DNA of 64,000 nucleotides. Source: an uncultured Methanoregulaceae archaeon. Its GTDB lineage: Archaea; Halobacteriota; Methanomicrobia; Methanomicrobiales; Methanospirillaceae. Where the stretch lies: assembly GCA_963841015.1 (NCBI GenBank), contig CAWJAX010000005.1, positions 384,001-448,000 on the forward strand, read 5' to 3'. This document shows, in pieces, positions 38,566 through 49,859 of the stretch (positions are counted from its first letter, which is position 1; every line of letters begins with the position of its first letter). Below the pieces are notes generated by a model that was not told the DNA's origin, did not search any database, and saw nothing but the letters and a program-made list of their open reading frames with translations. Position numbers and translations under genes: made by a program.

Positions 38566-39541
38566 TTACATTCTTATCTTTCTAAGTACTGCCACCATAT
38601 CACGGGTTGTACGACGGGGCTCACTCTCACATGATGGAACCGGCGATCCATAAAGAGAAGAAAAAATCTGGTTGATGGCATCGCCATGTGAAGGTCCATA
38701 CCCCCCTTCGAGCACAAGTGCCAACGGATGATCGGTTGCATCCCTTAAAAGCGCGGTAAGAGTGCCAAAATCCGCTGGAAATAACAGCATACCGCTTTTT
38801 GGATCATCAAAAAGAGGATCCTGCCCTGCGGATACGATTATAACCTCTGGTTTGAACTGCTGGAGAGCGGGGATAAACACCTCTTCAAAAACGAGCCGGT
38901 AATCGGCAATGGTTGATCCAGCCCTCATAGGTGCATTTATGGTGAATCCCTTGCCCAACCCTGTTCCAATTTCATCTACCCAACCGGTGTGGGGAAAGAT
39001 GTTTCCCTGATGGATGGAACAGAAGAGCACGCGATCAGATGCTGAAAAAATTTTCTGAGTGCCATTCCCATGGTGGAGATCCCAGTCTATGATCGCGACT
39101 TTGTCCAGTCGATCCAGTGCAGCAGTGGCAGACTATCGCTACATTGTTAAAAATACAAAAGCCCATTGCCCGGTCAGATTCAGCGTGGTGTCCGGGAGGG
39201 CGAACAATAGCGAAACAGGATTCACCATCAATCGCACGATTCACTGCCTCGATTGCAGATCCCGCTGCACAGGAAGCCACATCGAACGTCTCACGAGTGA
39301 CGTAGGTTATATGATCAATGAAGTGTTGTCCCCCATGCGAAGAAAATTCCCGAATCATGCGGATGTGCGCAGGTGTATGGACTCTGAGCAGGTCTCTCTC
39401 AGTGGCGTAACACGGTGCAATAACTGGTACTTCTTTGGGTATTCCGTCGAGTGCTGCAAGCAACCGGGCACTGCTCTCATCATGGTTCTCCAGATCGTGA
39501 TGAGAGAAAACATCACCGTAAATTGCAGAACATCGTACCAT
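38566..39541 (-). pseudogene. Histone deacetylase family protein, split by a +1 frameshift near 39132
   Basis: RPPGHHA and GFCIFNNVAI in one frame; DWDLHHGNGTQ, SAGQD and LEGGY continue in the next frame; removing one base gives a single continuous ORF. Confidence 0.85.
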
Positions 39542-39624
39542 AACAGTGTTATCCGTATATTATTTTCCTGCCTTCAAAAGGTTTGGTCTCGTCAAATAAA
39601 TAAGGAGAGAAAGAAGCAAATGAA

Positions 39625-42216
39625 TTATTGGATTACTGCACCCTTCATTACGGCGGTTTCAGGCACGTCATATTCCCGTCCCGACGTGATTACTCGGTAT
39701 TTTCCGGTTGTCTTCACTTCATAGGGATTACCGGTTGTTGAATAGGGTACGATAAATTCACCGTTAACGCTCATCTGCCGGTACGTAAAATTTCTGCCGG
39801 TATTGCTGACAAGCGGAACCTCGATGATACCCTCTCCTTTAATATGCGCCCCTTTCACATACTCAAAAACCTTGACGTATTTGAGATCGTTGGTCTTTGA
39901 ATTGAACACATTGCTGGGAGATTCGTGCACCAGCCGGTAATGCCTGAGGGCTGGAACGGTTTCGATTGGCAGTATAATTGCAGGGCTCAAGGCCGCGGCA
40001 TGGTAGCCCGCAGGTGCCTGAAGGTTATATTCAGCTGCACGACTGACTGCCTCACTGGCATTCATTGCTTCTGCTCCGGTGATTACCGGAAGCGAGACCC
40101 GGGAAATGGTCGGGTCGGCGTACTCGATATAATAAGCACTTGATGGTGTTGTCAGGGATCCGTCAAAGTTATGAAGTCGCGAGATCATGGTAAGGTAATA
40201 CTGCTGTGTATTGAGAAGCACGGACTCGTAACTGTTGGGATTGTTCTGTTCAGAAGTAAGCAGGGTCATCTGGTAGGGACTGGCGGCAGCCGATGCATTA
40301 TACCAGGTTGCCATCGCCCAGAATTTTCCGGTATCCATTTCGATATCGGTAATAACATACCGGGTTTTTGCTCGATCAAGCACCTGATTTCCCTCGTCTT
40401 CTGATATGGACATGAAGTAATTTGCAGATCCTGTTGGGCCGACAACTCCTGCCTGGAACGGATTTGCATTTGGAATCCTCTTTGCAATATATGTGATCAT
40501 ATGTCCGTAATCCCACCAGGACATGACCCCATATGCTTCTTGAGGATACTTAAACGTTTCAGGATTGTAAATAGTGAAGTAATTTACACCGGTATCCGGA
40601 GTATTATTTGCCATCCAATCGAGAGATTCCCTCCAGTCAGGATTCATCCGTATGGCATCGCTCGATGCGTTTGAATAGCTGAGTGAAGCAGAGGTGTAAG
40701 CAAACAGAATACCGAGTCCAACGGTAAGAATAACCAACGCAATGGCAAGATAATCCGGTTGAGAGGATCCAGATCCTTTCTTCTGGAGTTTTTTCTGTTT
40801 TTTACTTCGGGGGGACTCCTCTTTTTCCTTGTTGACTTCCGGCGTTTCAGTATCTGATGATATCGATGTTGCCAAACGGCGAATATCCGGCCATCCTCGT
40901 TCAAAAGTAAAACTGATACAAACTGCAGAAAGCAGGGCTACATTTACTGCAAGATAATACTCATACCGGACATGCTGCCATGTTGAAACCAGCATGATAA
41001 GTGACCACACCAGTGCAAAGATCTGGTGAGGGTGCTCATCTTTAACGTTTTTATAGAGCATGACCAGAGCTCCCCCGACCATCAATAAGAGACCATAGTT
41101 AAATGTCATCCATGCAAGAGCTGCTGTCCAGCCACGGGCTTCTTGTACCGTGTTGGTAACTGCAGCTTGCCCAAAAAAAGCGAAGAATGAATTGATAAAC
41201 ATGTCATATATTGGAGGCGCAACGAAATATAGCAGAAATGAAAAAGCAATCCCGGTCCCGATCAGAATCAGAGGATAGTAATACCAGACTTTTTCTTTAA
41301 CGAAGTGTGCAACCCCATAGAGGAAAACCGTTCCGCCAATTAGTGCCAAATAGGCGTACAGATGCCCTATTGAATAAAAGATAAGACTAACCCCGGAACT
41401 TTTAAATCCGTATGCCAGAAGTCCGATAATGGCAATAGCAAAAATTATGATATTAATAACCAGCAGGTATTCACTTGTCCTGCCTCTATAAACATCAATG
41501 ACAAACTGGATAATAGTGAATATGCCGACGATCATTGCAAAGATGATCATTGTCGGCATAACAAACAGGCCAAGGAGGTAAGCGATGCCGCAAAGACCTG
41601 CTAATAAAAGGGTTGTTTTATAAGTACTGATATTTTTCAGCTCGATTTTGGTCTCTTTTTCTGAATAGATCGCGTACATATAGAGCAGGCAGAAAATGGT
41701 AGAAAAAAGAACCTCTGCAATATGGTGATCCATATATCCATAGAATGACCGGTAAAAAAACTGGCCGGATACTACTGCGGTAAAACCTGACGCGAGAAGG
41801 CCTGTTTTCCAGTCACCGCAGATTTTTCCGACAAAGTACATAATCGCTACGATCACCATTCCCATTATCGGTGGAATTAAAAGCCCTGTGCTGATGATCT
41901 CGGGTCGCGTTGTCGCACCAGTAATAATGCAAAATACTGCAATAATCGTAGGGAACAGGGGGCCCCAGGGAACAGGCTGTCCTGTGGGAAATAAGGTCAT
42001 GGGCTCAAACCATGCATAATTCGGGAAGTTTACCAGTATCTGTTCAACCTGGCGCAGGTTATACAGTGGGTCATCGCTTGCCACCATCATCAGGACATCT
42101 GTATTGCCCGTATTGAGCATGGGAAGCAGACGAAGCCAAAGGGCAAAAATCGAAAATAATGCGACAAGGCCGATAATTATCTGGGTTCGGCGGTTTTTAA
42201 GATCAACAAATTCCAT
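39625..42216 (-). CDS. aglB: Oligosaccharyltransferase AglB (STT3)
   Basis: Multi-pass N-terminal region with DHH and TVQE; WWDYG and NPFQ motifs. Confidence 0.93.
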   Translation of the reverse strand: MEFVDLKNRRTQIIIGLVALFSIFALWLRLLPMLNTGNTDVLMMVASDDPLYNLRQVEQILVNFPNYAWFEPMTLFPTGQPVPWGPLFPTIIAVFCIITGATTRPEIISTGLLIPPIMGMVIVAIMYFVGKICGDWKTGLLASGFTAVVSGQFFYRSFYGYMDHHIAEVLFSTIFCLLYMYAIYSEKETKIELKNISTYKTTLLLAGLCGIAYLLGLFVMPTMIIFAMIVGIFTIIQFVIDVYRGRTSEYLLVINIIIFAIAIIGLLAYGFKSSGVSLIFYSIGHLYAYLALIGGTVFLYGVAHFVKEKVWYYYPLILIGTGIAFSFLLYFVAPPIYDMFINSFFAFFGQAAVTNTVQEARGWTAALAWMTFNYGLLLMVGGALVMLYKNVKDEHPHQIFALVWSLIMLVSTWQHVRYEYYLAVNVALLSAVCISFTFERGWPDIRRLATSISSDTETPEVNKEKEESPRSKKQKKLQKKGSGSSQPDYLAIALVILTVGLGILFAYTSASLSYSNASSDAIRMNPDWRESLDWMANNTPDTGVNYFTIYNPETFKYPQEAYGVMSWWDYGHMITYIAKRIPNANPFQAGVVGPTGSANYFMSISEDEGNQVLDRAKTRYVITDIEMDTGKFWAMATWYNASAAASPYQMTLLTSEQNNPNSYESVLLNTQQYYLTMISRLHNFDGSLTTPSSAYYIEYADPTISRVSLPVITGAEAMNASEAVSRAAEYNLQAPAGYHAAALSPAIILPIETVPALRHYRLVHESPSNVFNSKTNDLKYVKVFEYVKGAHIKGEGIIEVPLVSNTGRNFTYRQMSVNGEFIVPYSTTGNPYEVKTTGKYRVITSGREYDVPETAVMKGAVIQ

Positions 42217-42528
42217 GAAATCAACCTTTCTTGGGTATTTGTTTTTAAGTTGAGACCATTAATAAATTTGGTTGAAATCATCAGGTAAAACTCACGAATA
42301 TCTCATCAAAGTGCCGAAATGTCTTGTACCTGTTTTTTTTGGATTAATTGAAAAAAATGAGTCCGGTCATTCATCAAGTAGCATTTTATCCCTTTTTACC
42401 AAGTTGTTCGGTTCATGAAAAGTGGAAGTATTTTTGTCTTCAAGAAGGCTACAAATTAAAATACCCCACTTAGCTTGGTTGTCGCAGGTCACCACCAATA
42501 AATCTGGATTGCAGGCACCAGATTCCTG

Positions 42529-43137
42529 TTATTTTTTCGGTATCTCCCTGATCATTTTCGAAGGAAGAGTCGTTATTTTTGCCGGAGCACCGATCGCGAG
42601 CATATATGCCGGGACATCACGGGTTACGATTGCACCGGCAGCGACCAGCGCTCCCTCTCCTATGCAGACACCGGGGAGCAGGGTGGCATTGGCGCCAATT
42701 GCTGCCCCGTCCTTTATGTGCGGGCCCTGAAGTCCACCAATACGTGTCGGAGGGTACCGGTCATTTGTCAGGACAGCATTGGGTCCGATAAAGACACGGT
42801 TACCGATTACGGTGTCGGTCGGAATATAGACCATGCTCTGCAGGCTTACCTCATCCCCGATAATAGTATTACCTTCAATAACGGTTGCCGTGCCAATGGC
42901 AACGTGGTTGCCTATCCGGGTTTTTTCACGGATCATGACATTGTGCCCGCTCTGAAAATTATCCCCGATCATCACATCACAGTAAATTATAGTGCCTGAC
43001 CTGATAACAGCATTTTTCCCGATTATTGTTCCTGTAAAACTGGTTTCACCAAGGTGATCCCGTGAAGGAAATCCAAGGGTTACCGGTTCGAAAATCTGTG
43101 CTCCTTTGCCAACCGTGTTTATACCATATTCAGTCAT
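42529..43137 (-). CDS. Hexapeptide-repeat N-acetyltransferase (WbpD-like)
   Basis: Left-handed beta-helix repeats; [14 protein letters not shown] and [10 protein letters not shown] motifs. Confidence 0.85.
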   Translation of the reverse strand: MTEYGINTVGKGAQIFEPVTLGFPSRDHLGETSFTGTIIGKNAVIRSGTIIYCDVMIGDNFQSGHNVMIREKTRIGNHVAIGTATVIEGNTIIGDEVSLQSMVYIPTDTVIGNRVFIGPNAVLTNDRYPPTRIGGLQGPHIKDGAAIGANATLLPGVCIGEGALVAAGAIVTRDVPAYMLAIGAPAKITTLPSKMIREIPKK

Positions 43138-44879
43138 TCGACAGTCACGCTCTTTGCAAGGTTTCTTGGTTTGTCTACATCACGGTTTAAATCTACCGCT
43201 GTGTAGTAGGCCAGCAGTTGAAGCACGATGAGACTTGTCAGCACCTGGATGAAAGGATGGGACACCGGCAGGGGGATAAAGATATCCACAATCTCAGGAA
43301 GTTCCGAATCACCCTCTTCTCCAAGAGCGATTATGGGTGCCCCGCGGGCTTTCATCTCTTTGATATTAGAAATCATTACCCCATAAGTTTCGCCAGGCAT
43401 GCAGATAGCAACAACCGGTGTTTCTGGTGAGAGCAGGGCAAAAGGTCCGTGCTTCAACTCTCCTGCAGCATAACCCTCTGCATGGATATAGGAGATTTCC
43501 TTCATTTTCAGTGACCCTTCTAGAGACACTGGATAAAAAGGCCCCCTTCCTACATAGAAGATGCTGCGGGCACTACTGCAGAGTCCGACAGCCTCCGATA
43601 AATCCATCAGCAGTACTTCTTCAATTGCCCGGTGCCCGTTAAGCAGAATCTCCTCAAATTCGCCATCACGAATGAAGTTTATAATCTGCATAAGGACTGC
43701 GAGTTGTGCGATAAATGACTTAGTTGCGGCAACACTGATTTCTGGTCCTGCACGCATGAAAAGGGTAAAATCTGTACTTCTGCTTATCGAACTTCCCAGT
43801 ACGTTTGTGATTGCAAGGGTTACGCAGTTGTGCACTTTTGCCTGTCTGAGTGCAAAAATGGTATCAGCGGTTTCCCCGGATTGCGAGATCCCGATTACGA
43901 GTCCCTGGATCGGGGGAGGGAAATATTTGAACTCAGACGCGAAGTCGAGTCGTACCGGGATCGCACAGGAATCCTCAAGCAGGTACTTGAAGATTAGTCC
44001 GGCATTGTACGAGGATCCGCATGCGATTATCGTTACCGAGGGGGGGTTCCTGATCGGGACAGGAAGTGTTTCATCGGTTATTGCCCTGACAGAATTGTAA
44101 AATGCCTGTGGCTGCTCATAGATCTCCTTGAGCATGTAGTGGGGAAACCCGCCTTTTTTAGTGTCTTCCTGTGACCAGTCTATTAGTTCGACAGGCCGTG
44201 TGACCGGCTTACCTTCATGAAAAATCTCTGCCCCCGCCTGAGTTAAACTGGCAATATCTCCATCTTCCAGATACATTGCCCGTTCGGTGTGATCAAGGAT
44301 TGGCATCATGTCGGACGCGGCAAAAAACTCCCCATCACCCACCCCAAGAACAAGGGGGCTTGCATATCGGGCAGCAATAATCCGGTCTTCACCAACAGCG
44401 ATTACCAACAATGCATAGGATCCCGTCAGTTTGGGAATGATCTTCTGGACAGCTGCAAGGAGATCTTTCTCTACTTCATACACCTCTTCGATAAGATGTG
44501 CTACAACTTCAGTGTCGGTTTCAGAGCGGAATATGTGGCCTTTTGCTATCAGCTCCCGTTTGAGCTCTGCATAATTTTCGATAATCCCATTGTGAACTAC
44601 TGCAATCTGGTTGGAACAGTCCATATGCGGGTGGGCGTTAACGTCATTAGGAACACCATGCGTTGCCCAGCGCGTATGTCCTATCCCGATCGCTCCTTTG
44701 AGGTTCATTGCTGAGCTTGATGAATCGGATATCCTTCCCTGGTGTTTGTCCAGCTTGATACCCCCGCTGATAGTGGCAACGCCGAATGAATCATAACCCC
44801 GGTATTCCAGTTTCTTGAGCCCTTCCACTATAATCGGGGCAGCTTGCCTTCTGCCGATATAGCCCACGATGCCGCACAC
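43134..44879 (-). CDS. glmS: Glutamine-fructose-6-phosphate transaminase
   Basis: [23 protein letters not shown] and [11 protein letters not shown] motifs. Confidence 0.96.
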   Translation of the reverse strand: MCGIVGYIGRRQAAPIIVEGLKKLEYRGYDSFGVATISGGIKLDKHQGRISDSSSSAMNLKGAIGIGHTRWATHGVPNDVNAHPHMDCSNQIAVVHNGIIENYAELKRELIAKGHIFRSETDTEVVAHLIEEVYEVEKDLLAAVQKIIPKLTGSYALLVIAVGEDRIIAARYASPLVLGVGDGEFFAASDMMPILDHTERAMYLEDGDIASLTQAGAEIFHEGKPVTRPVELIDWSQEDTKKGGFPHYMLKEIYEQPQAFYNSVRAITDETLPVPIRNPPSVTIIACGSSYNAGLIFKYLLEDSCAIPVRLDFASEFKYFPPPIQGLVIGISQSGETADTIFALRQAKVHNCVTLAITNVLGSSISRSTDFTLFMRAGPEISVAATKSFIAQLAVLMQIINFIRDGEFEEILLNGHRAIEEVLLMDLSEAVGLCSSARSIFYVGRGPFYPVSLEGSLKMKEISYIHAEGYAAGELKHGPFALLSPETPVVAICMPGETYGVMISNIKEMKARGAPIIALGEEGDSELPEIVDIFIPLPVSHPFIQVLTSLIVLQLLAYYTAVDLNRDVDKPRNLAKSVTVE

Positions 44880-44880
44880 T

Positions 44881-46035
44881 TCATATCACCATTGATTCAT
44901 CGGGAAGGATTCGAGAGATGATTTGGCTCCCACCTTCAATTGTGACATTATTACCCACAATGCAGTTTTTGAATATGGTGAAAGGTCCTGATGTGACCTG
45001 ATCGCCAAACACAGCTCCAAATTCCGGTTTTATGACCGTTCCCTCGATATTCATCAGTTTTGCAGATACTGACGTGGTAGTGTGGTCTGCAAGCCGGCAC
45101 CCCTGCCCTGTCACGGTATCGATGATTCGTGAGTGAGAACCGATTGTTGTGTCATCCATGATAACCGAGTTACCAATGAAGGTAAACGGCTCAACCTTCA
45201 CCCGTGAACCAAGACTCGTATTGGGCATTATGCAACAATTGGGGCCAATCTCGCAGTCATTCCCGATGATGACCGGCCCGGATATTATGCTGTTGGGTCC
45301 GATTGTGGTACCTTTCCCTATTCTTACTGTCCCCTGGATGATGGTCTGCCTGCTTGAAGAGCCTTCACGGGCTTCAGGCAGGTCTTTTAACAGGTGCTTA
45401 TTCATCTTCAGGAGGTCCCATGGGTAGATGGCATCCTGCCAGTCATCTGCAATAACTGCATGGAGATGTTCTCCTGATGCGAGCATTGAGGAGACAGCAT
45501 CAGTGATATCGTTTTCACGGATATGCGAAAAAAAGTCTTTTGTTAATGAGTAAATGCCGGTGCTTACCATAAAACTAGGTGAATGCTCTGGCTTTTCGAT
45601 AATCCGGGTCACGAGTCCGTCTTTCAAGAGCACCACGCCAAAGTTTGACGGACTGGGATGTTCTTTTACCAGCATTGCATTTTTGATCTCTTTGATCCTG
45701 CCGATTGAATGAGGATCAATATAGTTATCTCCTGACAGGAGAAGAAAATCCCCTGAAATATGTGATTCAGCACACTTGAGTGCATGAGCAGTACCAAGCT
45801 GTTTGTTCTGAATTACTACTGAAATGGGCACCTCGAGCTGATTTAAAAACCGAATAACCTGTTCTTTCCTATAGCCAACAACAACTACGATATCGCGAAT
45901 CCCGTTTTTCAGCAACGCCTCGATCACGTATTCGATGATCGGGCGGTTTGCTACCGGAAGTAGCGCTTTGGGTCTGCCTCTGGTTAATGGACGGACCCGT
46001 TTTCCTTCTCCTGCTGCTAATATGACTGCCTGCAT
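44881..46035 (-). CDS. Sugar-phosphate nucleotidyltransferase/acetyltransferase, GlmU-like paralog 2
   Basis: MQAVILAAGEGKR-RPK, QLGTAHA and hexapeptide C-terminus. Confidence 0.88.
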   Translation of the reverse strand: MQAVILAAGEGKRVRPLTRGRPKALLPVANRPIIEYVIEALLKNGIRDIVVVVGYRKEQVIRFLNQLEVPISVVIQNKQLGTAHALKCAESHISGDFLLLSGDNYIDPHSIGRIKEIKNAMLVKEHPSPSNFGVVLLKDGLVTRIIEKPEHSPSFMVSTGIYSLTKDFFSHIRENDITDAVSSMLASGEHLHAVIADDWQDAIYPWDLLKMNKHLLKDLPEAREGSSSRQTIIQGTVRIGKGTTIGPNSIISGPVIIGNDCEIGPNCCIMPNTSLGSRVKVEPFTFIGNSVIMDDTTIGSHSRIIDTVTGQGCRLADHTTTSVSAKLMNIEGTVIKPEFGAVFGDQVTSGPFTIFKNCIVGNNVTIEGGSQIISRILPDESMVI

Positions 46036-46043
46036 TCTCTCAC

Positions 46044-47243
46044 CTAACGGATAATTGCATTCTCTCCTATGCATCCGGCAACATACGAGTTGGGTGCAAA
46101 CCGTGCGTTGCTCCCGATCATTGTCCCGACATTGATGGAGCAGTTGATCCCGAACTGGACACCATCGCCAATAATGGCACCGAATTTTTTCCTTCGTGTA
46201 TCTTTTCCACAGACTCTGATAGTGGCATGGTCATGCCGTAAATTTGCAATTTTGGTACCTGCACCAAAATTACATTCTGAGCCAATGATCGAATCTCCGA
46301 TATAGTTGAAGTGTGGGATCTTCGATCCCTTCATAATAATAGAGTTTTTAAGTTCGGAGCAATGCCCGATATGGCAATCGTCGTCAATACTGGTTGCCCC
46401 ACGGATAAAGGCATGCGGGCCTATACGGCAATTCTTTCCTATGATGCATGGCCCTTCGATATAGGTTCCCGATTTCACCACACTCCCTTCCCCGACAATA
46501 ACGGTTCCCCGCATGGATACTCCTTCTTCGACGGTCCCTCTTATATCAGTGGATAGTGTTTCCATGAGCGTAATGTTTGCATCGAGCATATCCCATGGGT
46601 TCCCGACATCCATCCAGTATGATAACCGGTGTGCAGTCAACTTCTTTTCTGCAATATATCCATAAAGGGCATCGGTGAGTTCAAGTTCCCCGCGGCTCGA
46701 AGTCTGAACTCTGTCGACAGCATCAAAAATATCGGGTGAGAAAAGATATGCTCCGGCGTTGATCATATTGGACTGCGGATGTTTTGACTTTTCCTCAAGC
46801 CCGGTTACAAGATTATTTTCCACCATAACAACGCCGTAATCACTCGGGTGATTGGTAGTGCTGATGCTCATGCACGGGGTATGGCATGTGCACAGATCCA
46901 TAATATCCTTGCTTTTAAGTATCATATCGCCATTTAACAGAATAAAAGGCCCGGTAACAAGATGTTGCGCCGATCGCAGAGCATCTGCTGTCCCACGCTG
47001 TTGTCGCTGCGATGCGTAGGTGATCTGAACCCCCAAGGCAGACCCATCCCCAAAGTGCCCGCGAATCTCCCGTTCACCATACCCCACAACAAAGACAAAC
47101 CTGGTGATCCCCGCGTCGCGTGCAGCAAGAACGAGGTGTTCGATCATCGGACGGTTTGCAAGAGGCAGCATTACCTTTGGGCGCTTTGCCGTAAGGGGGC
47201 GCATCCGCTTCCCCTCTCCTGCCGCAAGAACGACACACTCCAT
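46044..47243 (-). CDS. glmU: Bifunctional sugar-1-phosphate nucleotidyltransferase/acetyltransferase
   Basis: LAAGEGKR, RGELELTD, HFNYIGDS and NFGAGT motifs. Confidence 0.9.
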   Translation of the reverse strand: MECVVLAAGEGKRMRPLTAKRPKVMLPLANRPMIEHLVLAARDAGITRFVFVVGYGEREIRGHFGDGSALGVQITYASQRQQRGTADALRSAQHLVTGPFILLNGDMILKSKDIMDLCTCHTPCMSISTTNHPSDYGVVMVENNLVTGLEEKSKHPQSNMINAGAYLFSPDIFDAVDRVQTSSRGELELTDALYGYIAEKKLTAHRLSYWMDVGNPWDMLDANITLMETLSTDIRGTVEEGVSMRGTVIVGEGSVVKSGTYIEGPCIIGKNCRIGPHAFIRGATSIDDDCHIGHCSELKNSIIMKGSKIPHFNYIGDSIIGSECNFGAGTKIANLRHDHATIRVCGKDTRRKKFGAIIGDGVQFGINCSINVGTMIGSNARFAPNSYVAGCIGENAIIR

Positions 47244-47266
47244 ACGTTAAACTCGTACTACAACAT

Positions 47267-48517
47267 TTAAGCAGTTTTCCCCTGCTTAATCCTACTGCGT
47301 CCTTGTTCGAGAATTTCCTTTGCTTTGTGCAGGGTTTTTCCTTCAGCGGTAATTCTTATTTTGGGTTCTGTACCGCTCGCACGGATCAGGCACCAGCCAT
47401 CTTCATCAGCAGTCCTGATCCCATCCGTGGGGCTTGCTGCACCAAGAGCCAAAACGGTTTCCCGTGCAGTCTCGCAGATAAATGATTCCCGAAGAATGGG
47501 GTAAGTCGGCATAGCATCGAGTTCACTGGCGACATTCCACTCAGAGGTGATCTCGCAGAAAAGAGCGGCGGCATACGGGCCATCGGGACAGTAAGAGATC
47601 TTCGGGAAAATCCAAGCCCCTGAGGGCTCACCCCCGAAATCCCCCCACTTCAGGAGTTCTTCAGACACATATGAATCTCCGACAGGTGTACGCCTGACTT
47701 CAGAGATCTCTTCAATAATCATTGATGCGTCACTCGTCGTAACTACCTGTTTTGCGTCAAGATACTTGGCAAAAAGCATGAGAAGATGGTCCCCGTCAAT
47801 GTACCGTCCTTTATTATCAAATGCCATCATCCGGTCTGCATCCCCGTCATGAACCACTGCACATGCAGATTTGGTTTTCTTCACTACTTCTCCAATATAA
47901 CCCACATTCTCCTTCAGTGGCTCTGAAGGGCGGGCAAAATGGCCTGATGGATTGCAATTGATACAGATAATCTTTGCACCAGCTTCTGCCAGAAGATTTG
48001 GAGTGAGAGCACACCCTGCACCATTTCCGCAGTCAACAACAACGTTGGTCCCGGACTCGATATTTACCCTATCCAGAATTGCATTTTTATGAGGTGTAAG
48101 CGCATCTATTGTCTTCTCGCTTCCCTGGTGCTGCCAGTCAGTCCAGTGCTGTTCCTTAATAAGTTCCTCCATCTCTGCCTGCTGTGCCAGAGTAAATGAC
48201 GAACCATCCCTGTTGAAGAGTTTCAAACCGTTATATTCCTCAGGATTGTGGGATGCGGTGATCATGCACCCGGCCTTTACTGTACGTGTACTAAAAGCAA
48301 CAGATGGTGTTGGAGCGATACCGGTGACATGAGCAGTTGCACCACTTCCAAGAATTCCGGATATCACAAGGTGGGCAAGTAGCGGACTGGTAGTCCGTGT
48401 ATCCATCCCTACAAGAATGTCGGAGGTTCCGGATGCCAGCGCAGAACCAACTTTTAAGGCAGTATCGACAAGAGTCTGGTCGAACTTTCTTCGTATTCCA
48501 GAGGAACCGAAAAGCAT
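47267..48517 (-). CDS. glmM: Phosphoglucosamine mutase / phosphohexomutase
   Basis: FGSSGIR, TASHNP, DGDADR and RASGTEP motifs; located in the glm cluster. Confidence 0.85.
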   Translation of the reverse strand: MLFGSSGIRRKFDQTLVDTALKVGSALASGTSDILVGMDTRTTSPLLAHLVISGILGSGATAHVTGIAPTPSVAFSTRTVKAGCMITASHNPEEYNGLKLFNRDGSSFTLAQQAEMEELIKEQHWTDWQHQGSEKTIDALTPHKNAILDRVNIESGTNVVVDCGNGAGCALTPNLLAEAGAKIICINCNPSGHFARPSEPLKENVGYIGEVVKKTKSACAVVHDGDADRMMAFDNKGRYIDGDHLLMLFAKYLDAKQVVTTSDASMIIEEISEVRRTPVGDSYVSEELLKWGDFGGEPSGAWIFPKISYCPDGPYAAALFCEITSEWNVASELDAMPTYPILRESFICETARETVLALGAASPTDGIRTADEDGWCLIRASGTEPKIRITAEGKTLHKAKEILEQGRSRIKQGKTA

Positions 48518-48631
48518 GATGATTAATTGGATCGCTTTTAAAAAAGAGTTTACCTTTCTTATATCGGATCTTTTTTTTTATTTTCTTTTTTACAGGATGC
48601 AAGGGTGCAAATTTTTTTCGGGTAATGTATA

Positions 48632-49240
48632 CTAGCAGGTTCCAAAGGGACACCAGAGCTCAAACTGGTTGAGCCGTGCAACACCGGCAGTTGAAGGGCC
48701 GAGATACATGATCCGTTTTGTATCTTTATAGGTTCGTACGATTTCACCGGTCCCCTTTTCTATAATCCCCTCACCATTTATGAGAATCACGTCAGCGTCC
48801 CTGGGATCTTTGACAAGAGCGCTTCTGAATGCAGCCTCGAAAGCGGGGATACTTCCCCTGCAGAAGATCCTTTTTCCTCCCAGTTCATCCAGCAGTTGCC
48901 TGTAACATTCAGTTTGTGATGATTTGGGACAGGAATGAAGTACTCTCGAGAGGCAGAAAAAGCCCGTTGCCACATTCACAATAGCAACGGCAGCACCACG
49001 GACCTGAGGTGAATCGATAGATGTCCCGAACATGAATGAGATCTTTGTATTTGCCCTTATAGGATCATAAGTAATAAAATCAGCACTCCTCCCGCCAAAT
49101 GACGCAGTCATGCACGCACCACGTTCATACTGACAGTTCACCGTATCCGGACGTACGTCAATGACGACCCCGCTTTCCTCGCAGCCACTGTCTTTCATCA
49201 TCAATTCGAGTTTTTTCACCGTGTCAATGATAAGGTCCAT
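48632..49240 (-). CDS. Hypothetical protein
   Basis: 202-aa ATG ORF starting immediately after the cyclase stop; GPSTAG motif. Confidence 0.7.
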   Translation of the reverse strand: MDLIIDTVKKLELMMKDSGCEESGVVIDVRPDTVNCQYERGACMTASFGGRSADFITYDPIRANTKISFMFGTSIDSPQVRGAAVAIVNVATGFFCLSRVLHSCPKSSQTECYRQLLDELGGKRIFCRGSIPAFEAAFRSALVKDPRDADVILINGEGIIEKGTGEIVRTYKDTKRIMYLGPSTAGVARLNQFELWCPFGTC

Positions 49241-49855
49241 TTATTCACATCCATTTTCATCAAGGAGGACGACGCGCGAAGGTGAACCATCTAATCCTGT
49301 GAGGCGTAACGGCAATGCAACCAGAGTATAATCCCCCTCTTCTACATGAGAAAGATCGAGGAGCTCAATAATGATACATCCCCGGCTTAGCAGCTGACGG
49401 TGCACGGTTCCGTCGCCGTCGTAGGACTCTATTGAAGGGCTATCAATACCAACACATTTCATATTACCAAAGGTGATGAGACGTGCCGCATCTGCTGTAA
49501 GGGAAGGGTAAATCTCTTCAAACCGACCAGTGTTGGAAAATGACGTTTTTAAAAGGAGCCTGTCAACGTTATCCAGCCGCCCTTTCAGGTGATTCGCAGT
49601 TATCCTGGTACCCGCACGGGTTACATCGAGTACCCGGCAGGTTCCCATGACATGCGAGAGTGGAATAGTATCGATTGTATCCCCGGTTTTGAGGTAATGA
49701 ACCGGAGCATCGATATGAGTACCAGTATGGGTGCTCAGGTGCAGACCGGTTATAAGGTAGTTCCCGCGGTCCTCCTGCCGGAATACCGGGTAAATATCCC
49801 CTGGATATATGAGGATACCTTCAGAGAGCGGGCGCGTGATATCAATAATTTTCAC
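49241..49855 (-). CDS. Cyclase family protein (kynurenine formamidase-like)
   Basis: HTGTHIDAP-H, VGIDSPS and DGSPSR motifs; GTG start at 49855 after GGAGTGAG. Confidence 0.88.
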   Translation of the reverse strand: MKIIDITRPLSEGILIYPGDIYPVFRQEDRGNYLITGLHLSTHTGTHIDAPVHYLKTGDTIDTIPLSHVMGTCRVLDVTRAGTRITANHLKGRLDNVDRLLLKTSFSNTGRFEEIYPSLTADAARLITFGNMKCVGIDSPSIESYDGDGTVHRQLLSRGCIIIELLDLSHVEEGDYTLVALPLRLTGLDGSPSRVVLLDENGCE

Positions 49856-49859
49856 AGCT

